A stretch of DNA of 64,000 bases from an uncultured Acidobacteriaceae bacterium. GTDB taxonomy: Bacteria; Acidobacteriota; Terriglobia; Terriglobales; Acidobacteriaceae. The stretch lies in contig CAVREJ010000028.1 in NCBI GenBank assembly GCA_963720135.1, positions 38,680 to 102,679 on the forward strand, given 5' to 3'. How positions within the stretch are numbered: the stretch's first letter is position 1; each line of letters starts with the position of its first letter. A program made the translations under genes and the position numbers. The notes under the pieces were generated by a model. That model searched no databases. It was given only the letters and a program-made list of their open reading frames with translations, and was not told the DNA's origin. Positions 49,375 through 59,466 of this stretch are shown here, in pieces.

Positions 49375-52254
49375 TTATGGCTTAAATGCGGGATCAGAAG
49401 CGGCACCGGGCCGGGGTTTCCATTCCAGAGAATAGTATTGGCCGCGATCACGCGCCCAGGGATCAAACGAGTTGATTACATGCTGCAGCTCGGGACTCAG
49501 TTCGGGAATATTACGCATCAGCACGCGTTTGAGGGGCAAAACTGGCTGCCTATGGCCGTTCGGTTCTCCTGCTTCCATCAACTGTGGCCCTGGCCCGTTG
49601 TGCTTAACCCAGTCAACACCGAGCTGGGTGTAAAACTCGGGCCGGAAGCTCGACGTGAAGAACCGGTCGCCAAACAGCCGGCGCGAAGCATTCAGAATGA
49701 ACACAACAAACTGCGTTTCCGAGATGGCAAACCCATGAGGGCGGGTGTTCTCGGCCAGCCAGCCGACTACGGTGTCCACATCTTCGATGTTGTCAACAAC
49801 CGATCCATTCGGGTGTCCCAGACAGTCGTTGATCGGCGTGCCGTCGGGGTTCCGTTGTGCGTCGGTAATGACCTTTGATGAATCGCAGACGTGCCTCCCG
49901 TAGATCTCGCGTATCTCGGCAACAGTTTCCATCTGTTGCTTGCGGGCAGGCGAATCGGCGGGCAGTGTCTGGTCTACAAAGTCGTCGTAGCTCGTCAACT
50001 GACGCAGGCCGTACTGGCGCCGGAACTCATTAAAGCGCGGCACGCCGTGCTCGCGGTCACGAATCAGGTCGAGCGCCGCAATATCAATCTGCTGTGTCGG
50101 CGTATCCAGCCGCGGCAAGCGAATGTTCTGCAAGAACTGCGGATGATTATGCAGCGTCAAAAGGCCCAGCCGCTGGCGGCCCATGCTCAGGCCCCAGTTG
50201 GCGAGGCCACGCGAACGCATGGCATCGGTAGCTTTGCCTTCGAACGTTTCGATGACCGCGACTTTCTCGACAACCTGGTTGGGATCTTTGCTGATGTCAC
50301 GGTACTCGATTAGATCGGGAACGAGCGGGTGGAGACGATAAACCGTAACGAACTCTTCCGGGAAGTTGAACGGCGATCCGAAGAGATTTATCCCTCCGTT
50401 GACATCGTTGGGGTTGGTGATGTCGTAGTGCGAAACCGTGCTACCGAGGCCGAAGATGCCAGGGCCGGAAGCAAGTACGGAGTACCACTGAGTTTCTTTC
50501 TTGGCACTCTTGGAGGTGCCAAGGCCGTGCACCATAACATCGGAAAGCGCCTTAGAAACGTCTGGATCGTCCGGGCCCAGCAGGCCGTTCCAGTTCGCAT
50601 TCATGCCTTTGTAGAGCGGCTCATCATAAAGAAGCTGCGGCGTCCATTCGGTGGTGTGGATTTTGGCGATTTCGGCCGCGACCACAAGCCGGGCTACGTT
50701 AAAGAGTTCGTCCGCAGTAACATCTTTGTTGCGAATCACGCGCTTGGGATCGGAGGGGTTGCGTAGGCCGCTGTCAGCGTTTGGATTCTGTGCGGTCTGC
50801 TTGCGGAACTCGTCCACGAACGAATTGTGCTCGCGCGCAAACAGGTTGTGGAGAAAGCTCAACCCGATGGACCAGTTATCCGGGAACGCTACTGACTCCT
50901 GTCCCATCCACTGCGGCTGGACAGGATCGGTGGGCAGCAAAATCGGCAAATACCCAGGGCCCGTCATTCCAGCAACCGGTTCCAGCAGCATCTTTGCGGG
51001 ATCTTTGGGATCGCGCTTGACGCGCTTCAACGAAGTTCCGTCATAACCGTAAAGCTGTGAGGCATCCCACCATGCCGTATTGTTGTTGGCAAAAGTCTTA
51101 GGCGCGCGTGCCAGGTAGGTGCGCCCGCCAGCGGTAAATTGCCCCGGCGGCGAATCGTTGAGCACGTATGTTTTGTCCACCTGATCGACGGGACGGCAAC
51201 CCAAGTTTTGCACCTCTTCCGGTGTCAGGGGCGTCTGGACATTGTTCACCAACTCGCTCTTGCACCCTACCTCCATGTATCCCCCGGGAGCGTTATGCCC
51301 CTCGTCCATATGCGAAAACCAGTCGTGGGTCATAAATTGGATCCAATAGGCGGCAAGGACGTTGAAGAACGGCGCCTTCTGGTAGTCGCAGTTCGCGTCG
51401 GGCGAGTTGTTGGGCAGTCCGAAGCCGGAATTACACGAGGCTGGGTTGGACTGCAGCCGGGTGAACAGCTTGCGGCTGATCACCTGTGGGTCGGGAGTTA
51501 ACAACCCAATTCGGCCGCCATGACGGTTCTCAGTGAGCGTAGTCTGCCCGAGGTCGGGAAACGTGGTCTCAAATTCCACGTTGCGCGCAAATGGCATGCC
51601 CGTCGAACCCATCAGCGGATTACGAATGTCGTTGCAGATCCCTGTGAGAGTGCGGGCGCGAATCAGATCGCCCTTGCATATCTGCTCTCCATCGCCGCCG
51701 ACCGCGAGATAGTAAGAACTGTCTTTTGGCAGGCGCATCTCCGGCCAGGTCTTCACAGCAGGTCCGCTGACGCCGCCGCTACCGCTAATGTACGTCTGGT
51801 AGGTACCGGAATTATCGAACAGATTGAACTTAATCAGCTCGATCCGCTGGTACTCGAGATCCAGCAGCGCGCCTGCCACTCCACGCAGCTGTGGTCCTTT
51901 CACTGAAAGAAAACCTGTCGGTAGAGAAGATGAATCCCCTGCTCCCCAATATCGCGACCAGTCGACCCATGGCGTCGTGCGAAATTGAACAGCGTACTGG
52001 CCTCCACGGCAACGGGCTGTAGGTTCGGTCACCTTGCCTTCGAATCGCAGATCACGAGTACTCGGGACCTGAAGAAAGCCTCCGAGTACCATTTGTGCAC
52101 AGGCCTGCAATTCCGTAGCTTCCTCCTTCTTCGGACTAAGCTGCTGGTCAGCAGAGGTGGCCGCAGAAGGCTGATTGCTGGTCTGGCCCGTGGACGGCAG
52201 CGGACACAGGAATGTTCCGAACAGGAGCGCTGAAAGAAGGGTTTTCGTAACCAT
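49375..52254 (-). CDS. Secreted haem peroxidase of the peroxidase-cyclooxygenase superfamily (alpha-dioxygenase / fatty-acid dioxygenase-like)
   Basis: 959 aa with a signal peptide. Motifs: TGICNDIRNP, AAYWIQFMTHDWFSH (distal His region), LHNLFAREHN, EIAKIHTTEWTPQLL, IRDREHGVPRFNEFRRQYGL. The order and spacing match animal haem peroxidase / plant alpha-DOX domains. Confidence 0.8.
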   Translation of the reverse strand: MVTKTLLSALLFGTFLCPLPSTGQTSNQPSAATSADQQLSPKKEEATELQACAQMVLGGFLQVPSTRDLRFEGKVTEPTARCRGGQYAVQFRTTPWVDWSRYWGAGDSSSLPTGFLSVKGPQLRGVAGALLDLEYQRIELIKFNLFDNSGTYQTYISGSGGVSGPAVKTWPEMRLPKDSSYYLAVGGDGEQICKGDLIRARTLTGICNDIRNPLMGSTGMPFARNVEFETTFPDLGQTTLTENRHGGRIGLLTPDPQVISRKLFTRLQSNPASCNSGFGLPNNSPDANCDYQKAPFFNVLAAYWIQFMTHDWFSHMDEGHNAPGGYMEVGCKSELVNNVQTPLTPEEVQNLGCRPVDQVDKTYVLNDSPPGQFTAGGRTYLARAPKTFANNNTAWWDASQLYGYDGTSLKRVKRDPKDPAKMLLEPVAGMTGPGYLPILLPTDPVQPQWMGQESVAFPDNWSIGLSFLHNLFAREHNSFVDEFRKQTAQNPNADSGLRNPSDPKRVIRNKDVTADELFNVARLVVAAEIAKIHTTEWTPQLLYDEPLYKGMNANWNGLLGPDDPDVSKALSDVMVHGLGTSKSAKKETQWYSVLASGPGIFGLGSTVSHYDITNPNDVNGGINLFGSPFNFPEEFVTVYRLHPLVPDLIEYRDISKDPNQVVEKVAVIETFEGKATDAMRSRGLANWGLSMGRQRLGLLTLHNHPQFLQNIRLPRLDTPTQQIDIAALDLIRDREHGVPRFNEFRRQYGLRQLTSYDDFVDQTLPADSPARKQQMETVAEIREIYGRHVCDSSKVITDAQRNPDGTPINDCLGHPNGSVVDNIEDVDTVVGWLAENTRPHGFAISETQFVVFILNASRRLFGDRFFTSSFRPEFYTQLGVDWVKHNGPGPQLMEAGEPNGHRQPVLPLKRVLMRNIPELSPELQHVINSFDPWARDRGQYYSLEWKPRPGAASDPAFKP

Positions 52255-52284
52255 GATGGAGTTCCCGTGCGAGCAATTCGCTGA

Positions 52285-52989
52285 TCATACTTTCTGGTCC
52301 CTTAGCTTCTTCAGAACCTCGATCCCGCCATGTGAGATTGGTTCTCCGTGGCCGACTCCCACGACTTCAACGTCACCAAAATCCGAGAGCTTACCGACGG
52401 ACTGCACATTCTGTTTCATGTCCATCGTCAGGCCTGCCCAACCGGCTTCGACTCGCGGCCAGGTTACGACCACATCGCCAACGAACAAGGCCTTCTTCTC
52501 GGGCCAATAGAACGAAAGACAACCCGGCGTGTGTCCGGGAGTTGCGACAATCGTCAACGGGCCTATGTGGTCCGCTTCTTTCAGGGATTGGTCAACCAAG
52601 CAAGGCTTATGGCCGTCGAACCCCACGGCTAGCCCGAATTGCGTGTAATACGCTGCCAACGGCGGTTTGGGCCAGATCGCTACTTTGGTGGCCTTGCGCT
52701 TGCCCTCGATGATGCCGATTTCCCATTCGTGAGCGTAGACCCTGGCGTTGGTCTGGTTTTTCAGTTCCGCCATACCCCCAATATGGGAACGGTGGGCGTG
52801 GGTGGCGATGATGTTTTTGAGATTGGAAGGCTGCCGACCCATGGCAGAGATCTCGTCGAGGATGCGATGAGGTTCTGTATCGTACAGGGCATCGATCAAG
52901 GTGATTCCATTGCCGTCATCGAGCAGGAAAGCGTGAACATGGCCGCCCATATTCTGGTGTACGTAATGAATACCGTCGGCTACTTTCAA
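52285..52989 (-). CDS. MBL-fold metallo-hydrolase
   Basis: 234 aa. Motifs LIDALYD, THAHRSHIGG (H-x-H-x-x-H variant), ATPGHTPG. It sits 30 nt upstream of, and co-oriented with, the peroxidase gene. Confidence 0.7.
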   Translation of the reverse strand: MKVADGIHYVHQNMGGHVHAFLLDDGNGITLIDALYDTEPHRILDEISAMGRQPSNLKNIIATHAHRSHIGGMAELKNQTNARVYAHEWEIGIIEGKRKATKVAIWPKPPLAAYYTQFGLAVGFDGHKPCLVDQSLKEADHIGPLTIVATPGHTPGCLSFYWPEKKALFVGDVVVTWPRVEAGWAGLTMDMKQNVQSVGKLSDFGDVEVVGVGHGEPISHGGIEVLKKLRDQKV

Positions 52990-53329
52990 GGGTCACCCCC
53001 CCTGTTTTGAATCAGGCCAGACGTCAGAGTTATGCTGTCCCAACGCACCTTATTTCGGAACTAAGCGCAATACTATACACACAATCTCCGATCGCAAGCG
53101 GTTTTTCGCGCATTCCACTGCAGAAGCACAGCAAGGGATGGACCCCACCAAACGGGACCTCTGAGCTGGATGTTCAGGACACTTCTCCGCACAGCTGGCG
53201 AATCGTCAATGATCTGCATGCCTTCAGTGGGTCGAGCCGTTCAATAACACCGAAACGAATACAGTGCCGCACTCGACAGTCCCTTCTGAGGACGGGTCAA
53301 CTCTCGTCGGTTGCCACGTTCGCTCCGTA

Positions 53330-54016
53330 CTAGCGTAACAATGCCAAGTTGGTTCGGATCACAATCTGGAGTTTCGGATATCTATCGAATACTCCCGCGA
53401 GCATGACGCGAATGACATGGATCGCAGTCTCGATGTGCCAGCCCCAACCGGCACCCGCGAGCATATCAGTTACTATCGGCGCGAAACCACCATACGATGT
53501 GTCAATCACCGGCTTCGGGGGTTTTGTGGGGTGGAGATAGATCGGGATTTTCAGCGCTTCAGCGCTTTCGAAGATTGGCCAGAAAAATTTGTTATCGAGA
53601 TAGCGTCCACGGTTATGACCATTGATTATCGCTCCTTTGAAGCCATGGTCGCGGACCATCCGTTCCAATTCTTTAGCAGCCCTGTCTGGCGTCGCGGTTG
53701 GAAGCGCGGCAAATCCAGCAAGTCGGTCCGGGTTCCTTTTGACCGCATCGGCGAGGAAATCATTTGACTCGCGGGCAAGCGCCATCGCATCGTCCCCTTC
53801 GAGCTGTTCAGTGCCGGGAGAAGTGAGCGAAAGCACCTGCACATCGATCCTTGCGGCATCCATTTCCGCAATTCTTTTCTCGCCAACATCACAGAGTTGT
53901 TCAAACAGCTTTGCGGCAGCGGCTCCGAATTTCAAGGCTTGTGCTTTGAGTTCGTGTCCCGGGCCATCCAGGAAGTTAGGACTTGCGAAATGTTCTTCCA
54001 GCGCTATCGTTCGCAT
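53330..54016 (-). pseudogene. Amidohydrolase-2 (ACMSD / gamma-resorcylate decarboxylase-like) family, 3'-truncated
   Basis: The N-terminal 220 residues (MRTIALEEHF..., FAALP, PIYLHP, ETAIHVIRVMLAGVFDRYPKLQIVI) are colinear with the family. The expected GHMGE and the remaining ~100 residues are absent; the ORF ends in unrelated RTNLALLR*. Confidence 0.65.
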
Positions 54017-54460
54017 ATGATTGACTTTCCCAATTCGGATTGTCGCGTGTTTGCTCCCTTTGATGCTGAAGCTATCTCTCGCGATCGTTGAGCTCAGCCG
54101 CGCTTTTAGTTCGATCTGCTAACGCGATGTGGATGCAGCAGTTGACGATCGCCTGTTTCCGACGGATTACTCCCCCTGAAACACCCTTGTGTTCACGGAC
54201 CCGTCAACTCGGGTCGTCGGCTATTCGCGAGTTGTCCAGAAACGAGCTTTGTGGGACCTTGCGGACCGGGCAGCGTGCGTCGATTCGCCACTTCCCACAA
54301 CCAGATTTCTGGACAACTCGGGCTGGATTCACTTCCGCGAGATGGCCGTTATACGGCCAGATGAAAGGAGACCGTTCGTAAACACTGCCCGACTTGTAAT
54401 CTCCCACAAGCCTGTCACTCGACAACTTGCGCCATCGTCAAAGATGTAAACTCGACTCAG

Positions 54461-55803
54461 CTATTCGGCGGTAGGCGCGGCCGCGACCCGCGCCAAACTC
54501 GCAATAGTAAGCCAGGAAATAATCGGCCCGAGCAGGGCAACTCCAACCGCGAAGGCAGGTGCGGAGATGTAGCCCATCAGTTTCTCGCCACGAGAGGCGT
54601 ATAGAGCGTAAGCAATGAGTGCCGTTGGACCGGCCGTGAGAACACAGGCGAATGCCAGGTTGCCGGCCTTGAAGGAGCGCTCGAGTTTGGGCTCGCGGAT
54701 ACGCAAGACGATTAGAGCAACAAACACCAGCAGTAGGCTCGAACCGTACAGGATGAGATCAACCGAGATGAGTCGCTCGAAGGGCAGACGGAGGGCCAAT
54801 GCCCAAGCGAGTCCGCATAGCAGCACACTGACCCAGGGCACGCCGCGACGATTGCGCTGGGCAATAAAGCGCGGCAGCATGCCGTCCTCGGCCACGGCCA
54901 TGGGTAGTCGCGTGTAGCTCATCATGAGCGCATTGAACATGCCGACGCCACAGATGACGCCGCCTCCCAGCACGAGCAAACCGGGCCACTGGCCGCCTAA
55001 GGTGCTGCCGGCTGTCATCCAGTCGCCGGTCGAGAAGTTCTGCACGGAAAGTCCGGCCAATGCCAAGGCCAGCACTGGAAAGATGTAAGTGATGGCGGTA
55101 AGCGTTGCGGCGGCGACCATGGCGCGAGGATAGTTGCGTTGAGGATGGTCCACCTCCTGCGCTACTGTCGAGGCGTTGTCCCAGCCCATGTAGTTCCACA
55201 TCCCCACCAGGACCGCAGTAGATAAGGCGGCTCCGGAGACGGGATGAGTCCACTGCACGGCCGGATGGCGAGCAAGTCCGCGCCACAGTTCAAGCACGAG
55301 GAACACCGCAAAGGGCGAAAGCGTGAGGATGAAAAGGCCAATCGCCCCTTCACCGACAGCGGGCGCGCCCCGCAAGTTCCACAAACAACACCCGACCACA
55401 ACCGCCAGCGACCAGGCATAGCCTTACCAACCGGTCGTCAGCGCGGCGTTGAATCGTCCCAGGTCTAGAACAAAATTGCCGGATAGATGGCCATGTCGAA
55501 GACGCTGGCTGAAAGCGAAAGCCAGCTCTCCCGATATCCCCAAAACGGCCCCAAGGCGCGCCGAACCCAGATGCAAAATCCGCCTTCGGCGGGAATTGCA
55601 CTGGCGAGTTCCCCGATCATCAGTGCGGTGGGCAGGCTCCAAATGATGGGAAGCACCAGCAGAATGACGAGTGCCCGCGCGTAGCCAGCGCCGCCGAGAA
55701 TGTCCTCGATACCGTAAGGCCCACCCGACACCATGAAGTAGGTGGCGGCCACCAGCGGCACCAAGCGAAGCTTCCGACGCGCCGACTTCCGGGCCAGAAT
55801 CAC
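54461..55803 (-). pseudogene. APC-family amino acid permease, disrupted by one frameshift and one in-frame TAA
   Basis: - 55803-55465: TM1-3 (YFMVSGGPYGIEDI...).
- Frame change in a T-run near 55466-55480 (..AIYPAILF* versus ..FVLDLGRFNAALTTGW).
- In-frame TAA at 55424-55426.
- GYAWSLAVVVGCCLWNLRGA... continues to 54461 in the same frame. Confidence 0.75.
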
Positions 55804-56221
55804 AGGAGTTAATCTAACAAACTGGGTAGCACACTGCGATCCAAGGCTGGAACGATGTTGGAGGGTGTTGCATGAAGATGACGGCAGAATTTATGGACGT
55901 TGAGGTCTGGACTCAGTTAACGATAGAGGTGGTTCGGTACGGCGGGGACCAGAGCCCGGATCCACCGCCCGGTTGATGGAGAACCGGAATCGCAGGATGA
56001 ACGGGCGCCGAGACTACGGATCGATGCCACAACCGCCTCAAACGACTTGGAAGACGTCATGCTGAACCGTTCGATTTCGATTTTTCCGATGGTCATGTTT
56101 TCGTTCCCTTCAACTCTTATTGCCCGTCGCACATCCCAATCTCGGACAGGGGGACATAGTCGCCATTGCCGACATGGAGATGCTTTTTCGGGGCAATCGG
56201 GCGACATGCGGGAGCGGCAGA

Positions 56222-59200
56222 TTACGCCGCGATATTCTCACTAGCGCGTTTGGCTTCCTTGACTCTTCCTGTCTCTGACGCCCCAAGCCAAGTTTTTAGA
56301 ATCACGTAAAGCACGGGGATAAATATGAGGTTGAGCACCGTAGAGAAGAGCATCCCACCCACAATTGCCGTTCCCACCGAGTGCCGCCCCAGTTTGCCGG
56401 CGCCGCTGGCAAAATACAAAGGCAGCACGCCAAGGATGAAGGCAAAGGACGTCATCAGAATGGGCCGCAGCCGCAGTTCGGCTGCTTCAATGGCCGCCTC
56501 GGTAATCGAGCGACCACGCTGCATCAACTGCTCGGCAAACTCTACGATCAAGATTGAGTTCTTGGCCGAAAGGCCGATCAGCAGCACCAATCCGATCTGC
56601 ACATAAACGTTGTCGACCAATCCGCGCATCGAGACGAACAGCAGCGCGCCCAGCACCGCCATAGGTACCGCCAGCAAGATAATGAACGGCAGCGCGAAGC
56701 TCTCGTATTGCGCCGAAAGCGTCAGGTATACGACCAGCAAACCCAGGGCGAAGATGATGATAGCTTTGCCGCTGGCCTCCACTTCTTCCAACGCCAGCCC
56801 AGACCAACCGAACGACATGCCCTGCAGCATGTGCTCTTTCGCCAGTTGTTGCATAGACTTCAGGCCCTCACCCGAGCTGTATCCAGGCGCCGGTGCGCCG
56901 TCAATTTCCGCTGACCGGAACAGATTGAAGTGGTTGATGACCTGCGGCCCGGAAGTTTCCTTCAGCGTCACCAGATTGTCCAGCGGCACCAGGCTATTGC
57001 TGTCCGACCGCACATAGTACTGGCGAAGATCGCGAGAATTCATGCGGAACGGCTGGTCCGCCTGCACGTAAACACGATAGGAACGGTTGTTGAAGTCAAA
57101 ATCGTTCACATACTGCGAGCCCATGTAGACACTCAGGGCCTGGGTTATCTGGCTGATCGGCACGCCTATGGCCTTGGCCTTCTCGCGATCGATCTGCACG
57201 AGTTGTTGCGGATCGGTAGCCGTGTAACTGGTGAAAAGTCCGGTCAGGTCCTGACGCTGCCGGCTGGCGGCTACGATCTTATGGGCCACGTTGTCCAGGT
57301 CTTCGAGCGTATTGCGGCCAAGGTCTTGTAGCTGAAATTGGAAGCCGCCGAAGCTTCCGATGCCATTGATCGCCGGCGGCTCGAAGGCCACTACAATCGC
57401 TCCGGGAATGCCGAATAATTTGGGCGATACCCGGGCGACGATGTCGCTGGCAGCGTGCCCCTTGCCCTTGCGGTCGTCAATTGGCTTTAAGGGAGCGAAC
57501 ACCAGTCCGTAATTGGGTGAACTGCCTCCCGACAGTGAGAAACCGGGGACTGCGAACGTGCCAAAAACGTCGGGATCGGCGCGCAGGATTTGCTCGGCCT
57601 GGCGGGCGACATTTGTGGTGTAGGAGAGCGAAGCTCCAGGTGGCGCTTGTACCACGACGATGAAGTAGTTCTGGTCTTCCTGCGGCACGAATCCCGTAGG
57701 AACGTGGAGGTACATATAGCCCGCGGCTGCCAATCCGACCAGAAACAGCACGACTACGGCATAACGGTAGGCCAGGACTTTGGAGATTGCCTTGCCGTAG
57801 CCCACCCCCGTGCCGTGAATCGCGCGATCGACGCCGCGGGCGAATTTTCGATAGCCACGAGACAGCCAGCGGATATGTGTCCAGTCGAACACCGAATATT
57901 TGTGCTCTTCAGTACGCAGGAGTATGGCCGCCAGGGCTGGCGAAAGAGTCAGTGCGTTGAACAAGGAGATCGCGATTGCAAACGCGATCGTCAGCGAAAA
58001 CTGCTTATATAAAATGCCAGTTGTTCCCGGAAAAAAAGAAACCGGCACAAAAACTGAAATCAGCACCAGAGAAGTCGCGATGACTGCGCTGGAGACTTCC
58101 GCCATGGCTACCGATGTCGCCGTATGCGAGTCGGTGTGGTCATCGTTAATGTGTCGCTGTGCGTTCTCAATTACTACGATCGCGTCGTCAACGACCAGTC
58201 CGGTCGCCAGCGTAATTCCGAACAGCGTCAGTGAATTGATGGAGAAGCCGAAGATCTTAACGAAAGCAAAGGTGCCAACCAGCGAAACCGGGATGGTGAC
58301 GGCTGGGATTATCGTGGCGCGCCAATCTAGCAGGAAGAAGAAAATCACGATGATGACGATAAGGATGGCTTCTTCCAGTGTCGTCACCACTTCGCGCACC
58401 GAGTCGCCTACAACGGTCGTCGTATCGAATGCGATGACGTACTTGATTCCGGGAGGGAAAGACTTCGACAGCTCCAGCAATTCGGCTTTTGCGGCCTTAT
58501 CGACCTGGAGAGCGTTCGCATTCGACAGCTGTTGCACGCCGACGCCGATTGCATCGTGCCCGCTGTACATCAGATTCGTGTCGTAACTCTCGGCGCCAAT
58601 CTCAGCTCGACCGACATCTTTAAGCTGCACGATTCCGTTTTTCGTGCTCTTCAGGATGATCTTCTCGAACTCCCTCGGATCTGACAGCCGCCCCACAACG
58701 CGGAGTGCGACCTGGAAGTTCTGTCTCTGATCGGCGGGCGGACGGCCCAGCTGCCCAGCCGGAATCTCGACGTTCTGCTCCTGCAGAGCGGCGACCACAT
58801 CGGCTGCGGTCAACTGGCGCGCCGCCAGTCGCGTCGGATCGAGCCACACTCGCATGGCGTACTTACGCTCGCCGAAGATGACGACGTCTCCCACGCCGGG
58901 AATTCGTTTCAGCGCATCCTTGACGTAAACATCGAGATAGTTCGAGATGTACTGGTTGGAAAGGCTATTGTCGGGCGAATAAAATCCCGCAGCGAAAACG
59001 AAGTTGGGATTCGCCTTTGTAATGGTCACGCCCGTGTTCTTGATTTCTTGCGGCAAGCGTCCTTGTGCGGTGGCCACACGGTTTTGCACGTCCACTGCCG
59101 CAATATTCAAGTTGTAGCCTGTCCGAAAGGTTACATTGATGCTGCTGGTACCGTCGTTCGAACTTGTCGAGGTGATGTAGTGCATGCCCTCGACACCGTT

Positions 59201-59428
59201 GATTTGTTGCTCCAGCGGAATGGTCACAGCCGATTCGACAACCTGCGCATTCGCTCCCACGTAATTGCTGGTAACGGTAACCTGTGGCGGCGCCAGGTCG
59301 GGATATAAGGAGATCGGCAGCGTGGGAATACAAACCGCTCCCGCCAAAATGATCAGCAAGGCACAAACGGTCGCAAAAATAGGCCGCTGAATAAAAAAAT
59401 CAACCAACGCGAATCTCTCTTTTCTCAC
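56222..59428 (-). CDS. RND efflux transporter permease (AcrB/HAE1-like)
   Basis: 1,068 aa. Starts FFIQRPIFATV. 12-TM/two-large-loop layout with conserved GLVVDDAIVVIEN and LAVPMAVLGALL blocks. GTG start is uncertain. Confidence 0.9.
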   Translation of the reverse strand: MRKERFALVDFFIQRPIFATVCALLIILAGAVCIPTLPISLYPDLAPPQVTVTSNYVGANAQVVESAVTIPLEQQINGVEGMHYITSTSSNDGTSSINVTFRTGYNLNIAAVDVQNRVATAQGRLPQEIKNTGVTITKANPNFVFAAGFYSPDNSLSNQYISNYLDVYVKDALKRIPGVGDVVIFGERKYAMRVWLDPTRLAARQLTAADVVAALQEQNVEIPAGQLGRPPADQRQNFQVALRVVGRLSDPREFEKIILKSTKNGIVQLKDVGRAEIGAESYDTNLMYSGHDAIGVGVQQLSNANALQVDKAAKAELLELSKSFPPGIKYVIAFDTTTVVGDSVREVVTTLEEAILIVIIVIFFFLLDWRATIIPAVTIPVSLVGTFAFVKIFGFSINSLTLFGITLATGLVVDDAIVVIENAQRHINDDHTDSHTATSVAMAEVSSAVIATSLVLISVFVPVSFFPGTTGILYKQFSLTIAFAIAISLFNALTLSPALAAILLRTEEHKYSVFDWTHIRWLSRGYRKFARGVDRAIHGTGVGYGKAISKVLAYRYAVVVLFLVGLAAAGYMYLHVPTGFVPQEDQNYFIVVVQAPPGASLSYTTNVARQAEQILRADPDVFGTFAVPGFSLSGGSSPNYGLVFAPLKPIDDRKGKGHAASDIVARVSPKLFGIPGAIVVAFEPPAINGIGSFGGFQFQLQDLGRNTLEDLDNVAHKIVAASRQRQDLTGLFTSYTATDPQQLVQIDREKAKAIGVPISQITQALSVYMGSQYVNDFDFNNRSYRVYVQADQPFRMNSRDLRQYYVRSDSNSLVPLDNLVTLKETSGPQVINHFNLFRSAEIDGAPAPGYSSGEGLKSMQQLAKEHMLQGMSFGWSGLALEEVEASGKAIIIFALGLLVVYLTLSAQYESFALPFIILLAVPMAVLGALLFVSMRGLVDNVYVQIGLVLLIGLSAKNSILIVEFAEQLMQRGRSITEAAIEAAELRLRPILMTSFAFILGVLPLYFASGAGKLGRHSVGTAIVGGMLFSTVLNLIFIPVLYVILKTWLGASETGRVKEAKRASENIAA

Positions 59429-59466
59429 CGCGTTTGCGTCGCGGTGGTGGTAGTTGGCGATAGTGT

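Noticed and set aside
55917-56207. 96-aa ORF whose internal part (MTIGKIEIERFSMTSSKSFEAVVASI) resembles the start of DUF302-type proteins
   Set aside because: Only ~25 residues are suggestive and the remainder is Arg/Ser/Pro-rich nonsense in every frame I tried. The evidence is too weak to call a gene or a pseudogene.
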